A stretch of 64,000 nucleotides of DNA from Octopus sinensis (taxonomy: Eukaryota): the NCBI RefSeq assembly GCF_006345805.1, contig NC_043000.1:53258001-53322000 (forward strand), read 5' to 3'. Positions 27,410-39,720 of this stretch are shown piece by piece (position 1 is the stretch's first letter; each line of letters starts with the position of its first letter). A program made the position numbers and the translations under genes. The notes beneath the pieces are model-generated. The model saw only the letters and a program-made list of their open reading frames with translations, had not been told where the DNA came from and did not search any database.

Positions 27410-28073
27410 ATGGCTAACCATCAAAGATCCAAACAAAACTGGTCTGATAATGAAATCGACGTTCTAATAAACATATGGCATTGCCTTACCCAAACGAAAA
27501 ACATAGATGCTTCATGTCTGAACGAAATTGCTAAACGGACAGTTCACCTTTTGAAAACTCGATCTGAAGAGCAGATACAGAATAAATTAAAGCAAATCGA
27601 AGTTGCTTTTAAATTAATCAATAAACCCTTGGATAAACTGCGATGTGTTTTCTCTTCGAACGCATCACCGGCGCAACAACAACAACTTCAGCAGCATCAA
27701 CAGCAACAACCTCAACAAGAAACTGAACAACAACAACAGCTACGGCAACATCAACAACTTCAGAGGCATCAACAACAACAACCTGAAGAACAACCAAAGC
27801 GGCAACAACAACAACAACAGCAACAGCAACAACGGTATGAACCACTCTTTGATTCATTTAGAATGACCCTCCCAGTCAACAGGGTTTCACAGCAGGAAGC
27901 ACCACCCCTTCTTTTCAGTGCCCCAGTAGCTCAATCATCATCACTGTCAACATCATCTCCTATGCCTACTATTACTAGTACTATAACCACTATCAATCGA
28001 AAAACATCTTTGTCTACCGCTATCTCATGGAATCCACCTCCTCAATCATCATCACTGTCAACATCTCTTCTGC

Positions 28074-28105
<32 letters not shown>

Positions 28106-28582
28106 GCTACTACTACTACTATTACTACTACTACTACTACTACTTCTACTACTACTACTACCATCACTACTACCTCAAGGAATATACCTCCTACTACTTG
28201 TTCAAGAACTCTACCTCCCACAGGTCACAAAGGTCGCCAAAACCTCAACAAACTATCATCTACACATGTCACAACTCATACACGCACCCACACACCCATT
28301 CGAAACCCCATAATTTGCCGTTATTCTCTCCGCCATAGATTATGCACTGATACTGACTGCAAATTCACCCATTTACCTGGGACAAAACGCTCTATCCCCA
28401 CAAACTACAACAGCCACCGCCATAATACATACTCTATTACAACACCACCACAACCACCAATATCTCAAGCAAAGAGTCCCCAAACCTGCCGCTATTCCCA
28501 GCGAGACAGTTTGTGTTTGCACAGGGATTGTCCCTTTACTCATCTCCCGGGGACTCGTCGGACAAATGATAATAAAAATTAA
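27410..28582 (+). CDS. Intronless 390-aa ORF: N-terminal Myb/SANT (trihelix-like) domain, polyQ, poly-T, two C-x8-C-x4-C-x3-H zinc fingers
   Basis: Uninterrupted ORF. WSDNEIDVLINIW...IAK...RSEEQIQNKLKQI fits the Myb/SANT-like pattern. CRYSLRHRLCTDTDCKFTH (28316-28372) and CRYSQRDSLCLHRDCPFTH (28487-28543) are CCCH-type. The upstream leader is A-rich and AATAAA occurs at the stop. Confidence 0.65.
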
Positions 28583-28590
28583 AATAAAAG

Positions 28591-28930
28591 CAGTCCCACT
28601 ACGTGGCAACTTGGGCAGGTGTCTTCTACTATAGCCTCTGGCCGACTGAAGCCTTGTGAGAGGATTTGGTAGACGGAAATATATATATATGTGTGTGTGT
28701 GTGTATGTGCGCGCGCGCACGTGTTTGTGTGTCTGCATTTAACCCCCCTCCCCCAGCATCGCTTGACAATTGATGTTGGTGTGTTTACGACCCCGTAACC
28801 TAGCGGTCTGGCAAAATAACTGATAAGATAAATACCAGGCTTACAAAGAATAAGTCCTGGGGTCGATTTGTTCAACTAAAGGCGGTGCTCCAGCATTGCC
28901 GTAGTCAAGAGACTGAAATACATAAAAGAA
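28591..28930 (+). mobile_element. SINE family A, 5'-truncated, immediately after the ORF stop
   Basis: CAGTCCCACTACGTGGCAACTTGGGCAGGTGTCTTCTACTATAGCC...GGCGGTGCTCCAGCATTGCCGTAGTC, collinear with other family A copies. Confidence 0.85.
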
Positions 28931-28942
28931 TTTAAAAAAATG

Positions 28943-29209
28943 TATATTGTTGTATTTCGAGATGGTCATTTTTTTTTATTTGCCAAATAACCACATGCAC
29001 TATATACTTTATTTTTACTCGTTTATTACTGTTTTTATTTTATTTTTGATTGTTATGTTATTCATGTCTATTGTCCGGACAATGGACATGAGTTAACATA
29101 AAAGTAAAAAAATTAAATAAGAATAGTAATAAATGAGTAAAGAAAAATATACAGTGCGTGTGTTTATCTGGCCAAAAAAAAAATGACCATCACGAAATAT
29201 AATATCTGT
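28943..29209. repeat. Inverted repeat with ~60-bp arms; related copy at ~43215-43285
   Basis: TATTTCGAGATGGTCATTTTTTTTT...CACATGCACTATAT versus ATACAGTGCGTGTG...AAAAAAATGACCATCACGAAATA. Confidence 0.7.
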
Positions 29210-29464
29210 TTCAATACACAATTTCAGATCAGGAATCTTGCAATACAAATTGATAATCGTGTCTTTGTGAGTGTGCGTACAGAATAGGAAGGGTTTAAAC
29301 TACTGGTGATCTACACTAATAGGTACGCTGTCTGAGTGCTCCACACTAATAGGTACGCTGTCTGAGAGCTCCAGATGATAACGCACTAGGATACAAGTTC
29401 ACGGCGGCGGCTAGGTTAGGGGATCCATAGCCTATTTCCGAGTCAGCAGATATAAATTATATGG

Positions 29465-29646
29465 AAAGGGAAAACAAAACCAAGACAGGACAAGCTTATC
29501 AGATCATTTAAATTATTTTAATGGTGAATCGAAGTAAGCAAACTTTGACTCATACATTAGTATTTACATTTTCTTACTTCGATTCACCATTAAAATAATC
29601 TAAACGATCCGATAAGCTTGTCCTGCCTTGCTTTTATTTCCCCTTC
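29465..29646. repeat. Near-perfect inverted repeat (~75-bp arms, ~35-bp spacer)
   Basis: CAGGACAAGCTTATC.GATC.TTTA.ATTATTTTAATGGTGAATCGAAGTAAG versus CTTACTTCGATTCACCATTAAAATAAT.TAAA.GATC.GATAAGCTTGTCCTG. Confidence 0.9.
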
Positions 29647-29652
29647 TTTTAA

Positions 29653-29674
29653 TGTACACACACACACACACACA

Positions 29675-29741
<67 letters not shown>

Positions 29742-29752
29742 TAGATAGATAT

Positions 29753-29819
<67 letters not shown>

Positions 29820-29870
29820 TAGATAGATAGATAGATAGATATATATAGATAGATAGATAGATAGATAGAT

Positions 29871-29941
<71 letters not shown>

Positions 29942-29942
29942 T
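29653..29942. repeat. Compound (CA)n-(TA)n-(ATAG)n microsatellite
   Basis: Directly visible. Confidence 0.95.
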
Positions 29943-30842
29943 TATTCTGTAAATTAACACACTTGGTCCATAAACTGACACAAATATAATGACATTCTCA
30001 AACACCTAGAATTTCATATTTGTTATATAAATTCCGTTCTGTCTGTGTGTGTGCAAAATATTATAACAGCCGTATTTTTCAACTGAGTGCGCTGAAATTT
30101 TACACATAGTTAAAATCGTCACAGTGGCTGCACCAGTTAAATTTCATGAAAGAACATATGTGATTACAGTAAAAATCGATATCACTCTAGAATGAACAGT
30201 AATCGAACACGTGCGTGCAGGCATTTCATTCTGTGTTTAATAAATAAGCTGACTCAAAAGAGCAAGAAGACAAATCAATTATTTTGACTAAGTAAAAATA
30301 AAATAAAATATTAACTTTAACGAATAAATGGCACTAATTGGCGATCAATCAACTCTGTGAATATTTTCTCACAGCAAAATTCAATTGACAGTAGAAAACG
30401 ACAAATTGGTTGGTAATTGAACGTGGAAATTTGGGTGACAAATATCTAAAACTTTAGCTAACAGTTTCTTGCAGAGGACAAAAAATGAACGGTATTTTTC
30501 GACTTTTGCGTGACTCACTTCATGTGACACGTACATTCCCATTACTTATTCTTTAATTCCATTTCATGAAGAAGGAATATTAGTATCACCATTTCAAATT
30601 ACGAGTTATTTCTTTATCAGTAAGCATAATTGAATGATATTTTGGCAAATTCTTCTTATGTTTTTAAGAATTTCACAGATCGAATCCATCAGTTACATTC
30701 TAAAAAAAACACTATTCGGTCGGTTCTAGTAGCTTATTCATCCTCAAGTTTTGCTTCTTTATCGATCAACATCACATATTGCCGAACCCTATATCCCATT
30801 TGAAGTTTTCGTGTTTGCATTTAATTACAGAGTTCCGATAGG

Positions 30843-32090
30843 ATGCCTCGAAAGAGCAAGAGACACTTGGCAGAAAAACAAAAAATGCTTCCGTTTTGTG
30901 ATGCTTCCGAGCAAACGAGACGGAAGAGCAGTGTGTGCTTTGGCGTGCTCACGATGCTGCTTCTACTGCAGTCACCAGAGCGTCACAGACAGCTCAACAA
31001 GCAGAACTCTGCCATGCTCGCGATACTGCCTCTACTTCAAAAAGCCGTGCTTTAGAGACTGTTGGACGAAGGGCCACAAAGCTTGGGGCTGATTATCAGC
31101 GTAAAATGCGTTCTAATGTCTTTTCGAGGATTTCTGCCAGTTGCTGGTCTAACAAGGCCCTTCAATACAGCCCCCATGAAGACTACGCACCACACCTACA
31201 TATCATCATTGGCAACATATCTACAGTTTGCGTTCATTGTAATTTAATGAGGTGGCCAGCAGAATCTGCCAGTATATGCTGCTCCAATGGAATAGCTAAC
31301 TTGCCTAATTTACAAGTCGGTATCGAACCTTTGAAGTCTTTACTGCTTGCAGACCATCCAGATTCTAAACACTTTCTTCGGAATAAAAGAGCCTAAAATT
31401 CCGTTTTCCAAATGACATGCTTTGGTCATACACAAAAAAGAGATGGAAATTACATGCCCACCTTCAAATTACAAAGCCAAGTTTATCACCAACTTGGCTC
31501 TCATATTCCACAAGATGGCGATCAACATAGCTTTCTGCAGATTTACTTTATGGAGAACGGACCTAAGGAAATTGCACGAACAGCTTCAGTTGCTACAGGA
31601 ACTAGACCAACTCTTCTGCAGCCCCTTCAATATATGCTTCATACCATAAACCTCTACGTAGCCATTTTCAAATTGCTCTTAAGGGTACAGATGCTAACAC
31701 CAATCAGTTTAAGGTTATCATTCGATGTGACTGTGCTCAACCAGGACAGCATCAGAGCTGCTTTAACAAACCCTAAACAGACGAAGTTGTGGTGCTTATA
31801 ACAAGTCTCAATGAGTGTACTTCAAACCGTCATATTGTTCTTGAATGGCAAGACTCGCGCCTTCAAAATTAATGAACTTCATCCTGCGCATGATGCCCTC
31901 CAATATATTTATTACTGTTCCCCTATGGTGACGATGGCTATCGCATTGACATGCCAAAGTTTAATCTTCAACCACGGAAAACCATTTCACAAATGAAATT
32001 TTATGCATTTTGGGTTATGGTTCGCAACAACGATATCAACATTCTCCATTGAACATGGATTCACTCAATCAATACTGTGTAGGTCATATC
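30843..32090 (+). mobile_element. Degraded Helitron RepHel N-terminal fragment
   Basis: Frameshifted pieces ICCSNGIANLP...HPDSKHFLRN, FQMTCFG...MPTFKLQSQVYHQLGS...FLQIYF, FNKP*TDEVVVL, LHPAHDALQY and MKFYAFWVMVR follow the Helitron pre-Rep motif order. No Rep or helicase motifs are seen. Confidence 0.8.
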
Positions 32091-33614
32091 ATCTCAAAAC
32101 CTGTATTTTTTTCATTATCAAGTTATATCACGTATGTCTATATTTGTGCTTGCTTGCATGTCTGCGAGTATAAAAACAAATATATCTTTCTGAAGAAGTC
32201 ATGAATGTGAGTTCAATCTTTAAAAAATTTCTCTCCCGTCCTCTCTTTTCCTTCGTGAATTTTAATGGAAAGGACAATCGAAGAAACTATTCTAATTCTG
32301 ATAAAACCAACATCAGCAGATCTAAAATGTATAACAAATTATATTGTATTTTGTTACTAAAATTTTCAATTTCTGCATTTGTACTTTTACAAATATATGC
32401 ACATACGTATACAGACCTTGCATCAGTTTCGAGGTTTATGTGACTGAGTATACCTCGTAATCCTGTGCCATTAACCTAAACTCATGCAGAGTTTGCATAA
32501 TAAGGCTGGACAAAAGTAGAGTTCATACAAGCTCCCACATAGATTCTGTCTCCTGAATTTCATTCGGAAAGAACAGAATAAATATCTACATTCCTCAAAT
32601 CCCTCCCTACGTAGTAAAAGATCTAAATTTCATTTTAAAATGTCTCATTATAACAGAAACGATGACGAAGCATATAACAAGACCATACGAAAATATTCTA
32701 TGTAGGAATATATACGTGGATATTTTAGAATAATTAAGTCCCATTTACGGCCTTCAGTGATAACTACAACACTTTAATTATTAACCATATTCGCGCTTCT
32801 TAATTTCATAATTACCAACGAATATATTTATATTGATTTTTCAATTTAAATTAGACAAAGAAAATTAATAAAATGAAACAGTAACCTAGTCTCACGGTGT
32901 TGTTTTTACATGCAGAATCTAGAATCACTTGAAATGATTAATAGACATAACATTTACATTCAGGAAATTTTGCTTCCAAATATCTCTTCCCATTTTATAT
33001 TTCTGTGGTTCATTACATGCTTATAAAATGATTAAGTGCTCAATTAATTTTGTACGGGTTTCACTAATAGAAAATTAATACAAATAGTTATGCTTAGGCT
33101 TAAAGCGTTCATAAATATTAAAATACTTTCAGTTACTAGAAGGGTGCATGCTTAAAGTTTTAGTATCTATTTTAAAATTTGACATTGCTCTCCAGGTGTT
33201 TCCCACACATTTGGTAGTAGAAATATTGAATTTAAATGCAAGAGCAAGATTAGAATTTATACAATGAGTGAATTTTTTCCGGTCAAAAACTAGATGTGAT
33301 TATATCTATGAAGAAAGAAATGCGATCAAGTAACCAATTACAGAGGCGTAGACATAACTAGCTCTGATTAAAACACGGTGAAATATTTTATTCAAAGAAA
33401 GATAGATAAAACTGCTACTACGGTAAGGTTATTTAAGCAGTGAAAATGCTTAAGAGAAAGGGAAATATGGTAAAAACAGGTCTCACTAAATATGCTCCTC
33501 TTTGTTGGTAGGTACTCAAATTTCGACATATGGAGAGTAGAACACTTGTTATAGATGCATACATCATTTGTTGTCAATGATAGCATGCCGTACAAAATTC
33601 TTGACAGGATACTG

Positions 33615-33745
33615 TCCGTCTTTACGTTTTATGTTCAAATTCCGGCGAGAACTTTCGTTTCATCCTTTCCGGGTCGATGAAAAAAGTACCAGTTGAGAAC
33701 TGGAATCGATGTAATCGACTTGCCTCCTCTCAAAACTTTCAAGGC
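33615..33745 (+). mobile_element. SINE family B fragment
   Basis: GTTCAAATTCCGGCGAGAACTTTCGTTTCATCCTTTCCGGGTCGATG...GTACCAGTTGAGAACTGGAATCGATGTAATCGAC. Confidence 0.75.
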
Positions 33746-35666
33746 CTTTTATGGTAGCTGAATGAATGATTTGCCAATGACGTAATGCTTTCCTATGTAA
33801 TATAAGAAGTATAATCTGATAAGTGATGTAATTATGTATATGCAGATATACATGTAAATATGTGTGTATAAGAATGCATGTGTATGTTCTTGAGTGTGTT
33901 TATATAAGTGAATTTTTTTGTGCGTTTATACAGTAAAATTTATTTTATTTATGTATCATCCCTCTAGTTTCAGTCATTGTCTGATAGTTATTTCCGGACG
34001 TCTTATGCAAAGTCTATTTCACTCGAATGCATAGCCTATTTCACTACAGCAGACTTTGGTAGAGGAAGTCATTTTATATTTAACTCTTTAACATTCAGAA
34101 TACCCTTTCAAATGTAATACTTATCTATTCACATTGCTTTGAACTAATCATGCATTATCTCGTGGCTTCGAGATTTCGATGATGTGGTTGCGCATTTTCA
34201 GAATGACTGTACGGTAGGTATGAATATTTAGATCTGGGTAGTTAAACAATACGACAGTTGGAATATTTTTGCCAGATATGATCAGATTAAATGCCAAAGA
34301 GTTAAAAATAAGTTCAAATTTAAGCAAACTATTCTATAATGTAAATACATCCAGTTATGAGATACATTTCATATACGGTCCACATGCCACAATGTGGCTA
34401 AAGAAACCAATTCCCCCATATTTTGCTACTAAATCAAGCAAGGAGGTTCCTATGACGAAGCTAGCACCTTCCAGAAGAAGATTACTGCCCTTCTTTACTA
34501 TAAAAATTGTTGCATATGTTAACTATCCAAATATTAATCAGTGACGCAATCTTGGATTAAAACATTTTATTTTCATTACAAAACAATTATTCACAGATTG
34601 GCTATACACTTTAAAAACTTGAAGTAACGGCAAACGTTATATTCAGAATAACTCTCTTTATATTAGACACCGACGTCATCAATTTAACTCTCTTACCCCA
34701 TGTACAAGACTGCGTATATATATTTATGTGTCTGTATATGTATATACAGACACATAAATATATATACGCAGACACATAAATATATATATATATATATAGT
34801 CTACTGTGAGAACTTGTGAGGAAGTAAATAACATAAATTTGAAAAATAACGTCCTCTTAAACAATTAATTAGCACACGGGTAGTTTTGCGAATTACATAA
34901 TTTCAATTAGGAATTTATACATGTCTGGCAGCTCTTGTATCCTTCTTTTCTCTTAATTTGTATTACATGCATCAACACTATTATATTCTATCTCCCTCTA
35001 ACTTTATGCAATATAGCCAGTATTGAATGCGGCTTAAGCATGTTATATCATAAAATGAACAAACTTTATTATCTTGGAAACTATGACAAACATATTAAAA
35101 AATTCTAAATTTTGTCTCTAACAACAAGGAGGCATTTCCTGATAATTTTCAAATGCAATCTTCGGTCGAGTTACCATCATTGATACACGCAACGATGCAT
35201 TTTTATATATCAAGTTTATTATCAAATAGAAATTTCCTAATATTTCAACAATAAACAATTCTTTGTTGCATTGTAATATTATTAGATTCCTGGCGTATAT
35301 TCATTCAACAAAAGTGCTATTGAAATTACTTGATACGTGTTATTTCTATAGAGAATGTATGTAGCTTGTGATTAGAGACAAAACGTTTACTGCAATATAT
35401 TTTATATGAGTTAAACAATTAAAATTCTCAAAGCAAATAAGTATTGAAATCTGTTTGAGAATTTAACAAGATTCTAAAAATTTACGCAAGCCAATTAATT
35501 ATACTTAAGCTACAATATAAGTATATATATGCACATATGCGAGAAAACATATATGTGTATATATGTATCTTTATGTGTATATATATATATACACACACAT
35601 GTATATATATGTATATCTGTATGCATACATATCTATATATATGTGTGTGTGTGTGTGTGCGTGTGT

Positions 35667-36528
35667 GCGCCCTGGCTTGGCTGTGTGGTACGAAGTTTGC
35701 TTCCCAACAACGTGGATTTGGGTTCAGTGCAACTGTGTGGTACCTTGGGCAACTGTCTTCTACTGTAGTCTCTCATTTCTTTACTGCCCACAAGGGGCTG
35801 CACACAGAGAGGAGACAAACAAGGACAGACAAACGGATTAAGTCGATTATATCGACCCCAGTGCGTAACTGGTACTTATTTAATCGATCCTGAAAGAATG
35901 AAAGGCGAAGTCGACCTCGGCGGAATCTGAAGTCAGAACGTAGCGGCAGATGAAATACCTTTTTCTTTACTACTCACAAGGGGCTAAACACAGAGAGGAC
36001 AAACAAGGACAGACAAAGGGGCTAAGTCGATTACATCGACCCCAGTGCGTAACTGGTACTTATTTAATCAACCCCGAAAGGATGAAAGGCAAAGTCGACC
36101 GCAGTGGAATTTGAACTCAGATCGTAACAGCAGACGAAATACCGCTAAGCATTTCGCCCGGCGTGCTAACGTTTCTGCCAGCTCACCGATGAAACCTTGT
36201 GAGTAGATTAGGTACAGGGGAAAGTCAAAGAAGCCCGAGGTATATACATGCGTGTGTGCGTTTATGCGCGCGCGCGCGCGTGTGTGTGTGCTTGTATGCG
36301 TACGCGTGTGTTTGTGTGTGTATGTCTATGTTTGTCTTCCACCACCTCTTAACAACCGGTACTGGTAGTTCATATCTCCGTAACCTGGCGGTTCGGCAAA
36401 CAAAATCGATAAAATAAGTACCAGCATCAAAGATAAGTACTGGGGTCGATTCGTCCGGCTAAAATACTTCAAGGCTTAGCTAAGCATGCCCGTATTCTAA
36501 TGACTGAAACAAATGAAAGACAAAAGAT
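35667..36528 (+). mobile_element. SINE family A interrupted by an opposite-strand family B copy (35774-36187, head plus two body units)
   Basis: The family A head stops at TCTTCTACTGTAGTC and resumes at GAAACCTTGTGAGTAG. The intervening sequence is the reverse complement of family B. Confidence 0.8.
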
Positions 36529-36893
36529 ACACGCGCGCGCGCAGACACGCATGTACACATAGGCGGGCTACACATACACACATATATATGACTTTAAGGT
36601 GCATTAAATATTATAAGTATATAAATATAAAGAAATCGAGTTTAAAAATTTACTACAGCTATTCGGTAGAGTTCAATTTATAGCCTCAATCCAACATCTT
36701 CAGGTAGAATTTTAAACAAATACAAACAGGAAATGTAGAAACTTGATTATAACCAACAAACAACAGTAATAATTTAAAAAGGAACATTCAGATTTATACA
36801 AAAATCAGAAGCATAACGGAGGTTGTACGAGCAAAGAGGTCAAAACAGGCCTACGATTTCAAGTGGTTAACTTAATTAGTTTATACTCATAAC

Positions 36894-37203
36894 CAGTGGG
36901 GACTGGGTCTGACAATATTGGTAGACAGGAGACTAAGGATTCCCACTCGCATTACAAAGGGGCCAACCCACAACTACAATGCCAGCATTTAATGTTTTTC
37001 TTCTTAAACGTATCATTTTCAACTGTCTACAAATACAGCCAGGCTGAAATAATTAATGCATTCTTCCAGGAGCGAATAAAAAATTCTCAGACCTGAGGGG
37101 ATGGGCCCTTTAGATATTAACATGGGCCCCCATATATGGATTCTCGTGGTGCAGGGGCCCACTTGCCATAAGTCAAGCTGGCAACTTGGCCAGCCCGCCA
37201 CTG
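36894..37203. mobile_element. 310-bp non-autonomous hAT-type element (MITE)
   Basis: TIRs CAGTGGGGACTGG / CCAGCCCGCCACTG. Perfect 8-bp TSD CTCATAAC at 36886-36893 and 37204-37211. Internal GGGCCC motifs. Confidence 0.85.
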
Positions 37204-38724
37204 CTCATAACCCGCTGCGAAGTAGTGCCAAGAAACAACCAGGCTAACTAAAACATTTCCTAGAAAATATATATTGTATGTTAAAGGAGGTGCGGACCTG
37301 AGGGATAAAGCATGACTTTGACGCAAGTCTGAAGAAGTGCCTATCTACTGCTTAAAACCGCTTATATTTCGCAATTTTTCTTTTGGAATTTTCGCCTAAA
37401 CTGGCATTGCAAATGCATATATATACATATGTATGTATGTATGTGTGTATGTATGTATGTATGTATGTATGCATGTGTGTGTATTGCAGTTATACATCTT
37501 TAGATCTTTCTTCCTTAGACACCAAAACCACCCTTGATCAAATGCGCTCCTACTGTGGACTTCCTGATTTTTGTTAGCTGATTTAGCCGCTATATTATCC
37601 GATGTATTATTCCTTTAAGACGGTAGACTATAAATTTAGGTCGATTTGATTTCTATGTTTATTATATAAGGCATAGAATTAGATGTTTCATTATTAATCT
37701 CCATAAAAAATATTTATACTGCTCTGAATATACGTGTCTCTTATTGCGTAACTTTTTTATAATAGACTCCATATCTACTGGAGATATGGCCTGTGTAACA
37801 CTAGCATCATACTGAACGGAAATTAACCCTTCCTCCACCTACGCCATTCTATCAGAGCTGACCAATGACTCATACAAAATCTATGCTGAATGCTGTCGTG
37901 CTAATAGATTTAAGCAAATGAACACATTAATAAATATTCCATCCCACAAATAAAGCTATTTCGCTTCTCTCGCCTAAAGACGTGAAATAGCAACAAGAAA
38001 TATCGTTACCATCTTAAACTTTCTACCATGCAAAGATTTCTACTCAATTAAATATAAGCCTCAATAGGATAATGAAGTAATGTTTGGCTATTTGAGATAC
38101 GTTACTCTTCCATCTAAGCGTCACTGCCACTACATTCCATTACATTTGTCATCATTCCGGTATTAATAAAACTAGCAATTCACTCAATAATTTCACACAT
38201 AGAACACAAATTTAATTCTATTGATGTAAAAAAAAATCACTATTATATGAGCATTTAGTATGCCATATAACATTACTTCTTCGAAAATAAGAGCTCCGTT
38301 GTGAAAATGCCATTGTATAAACCCCATGGCCATTTCTACAGAGAAAGCTTAAGAACTGCTAGAGCCGATTATTTTATTTGTCATTGTACTTTAAATAGAG
38401 AAATCTACTTCGTTCATTCTACACAGATAGAAAACAGATTCTGACTAATTATGAAAAAGCTGTGAAAAACAGACAGACACTTATGTTATTTATTTGTACG
38501 TAAGCTGGTGACATATTATCGCACTAAAGTCCTCACAGTATATGTTCATGTGTGTGTTTGTACATGTAATAAATCAAATTTATATTCGTATGTTTAATGC
38601 AATTAGATGTACACAGCGAGGCTAAATGAAAGTGCATTAGCAGTTTCAATTGAAAGTAATTTATATATCATCAACGCGAATATAGTCTCAGTTTTCTGTT
38701 AATTAATATGTGAGTAGATATAAG

Positions 38725-38920
38725 GTGGTGAGCTAGCAGAATCGTTACCGCGCAAGACAAAATTGCTTAGCAGTATTTCACCCGACTATACATTCTGAGT
38801 TAAAATGCCACCGTGGTGGACTTTGCCTTTCATCACTTCGGGATTAATAAAGTAAGTGCCAGTTGAGCACTGGAGTCGATGTAATCGACTCAGACCCGCC
38901 CCCAAAATAGCTGTTCCTGT
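38725..38920 (+). mobile_element. SINE family B (single-unit variant)
   Basis: GGTGGTGAGCTAGCAGAATCGTTA...TTCTGAGTTAAAATGCCACCGTGGTGGACTTTGCCTTTCATC...GTCGATGTAATCGAC. Confidence 0.75.
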
Positions 38921-39047
38921 GGCAAATTTGAAAAAATATGTATATATACCTGCATGCATATCTATCTCTATTTATTTATTTATCTAAATATCTATCTGTC
39001 TGTCTGTCTGTCTATATATCTCTCTCACACATACTCTCTCTCTCCCT

Positions 39048-39146
<99 letters not shown>

Positions 39147-39477
39147 AAATCTCATGCATATCAAGAAAGAAAGTAACTGATATTGTATCGGGAATCGATC
39201 GAACGGATAACATAAATTGTAAAGTATAAAGTTAATGGTCCAGAAAATTGATGTTTTTCACAACTGCATATTTTACTGTACACTTATGTTGCGATATACA
39301 AATTCCTTAAAAGATTACAAAATGCATATTAGAATCGTTTGTTACGCAACAGGGGAGTGTACGAAATCATTCCTTCATCATAGATGGAGTGACATACCGG
39401 TGCGATTACATTGCGAACACATCAATATTATCTAAATTTTACAGCAAACAGAATACATGCGCCTATTTTCTTTCACT

Positions 39478-39567
39478 CATACATACATACATACATACAT
39501 ACATACATACATACATACATACATACATACATACATACATACATACATACATACATACATACATACA

Positions 39568-39599
<32 letters not shown>

Positions 39600-39649
39600 C
39601 ATACATACAAACATACATACATACATACATACATACATACATACATACA

Positions 39650-39683
<34 letters not shown>

Positions 39684-39720
39684 CATACATATATACATAC
39701 ATGCATGCATGCATGCATGC
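39478..39720. repeat. (CATA)n microsatellite
   Basis: Directly visible; source of the HTYI/MYVC ORFs. Confidence 0.95.

Noticed and set aside
34269-34544. 91-aa ORF after a TTTTTGCCAG acceptor-like site
   Set aside because: No recognisable homology, and it could not be phase-linked to the other candidate exons.
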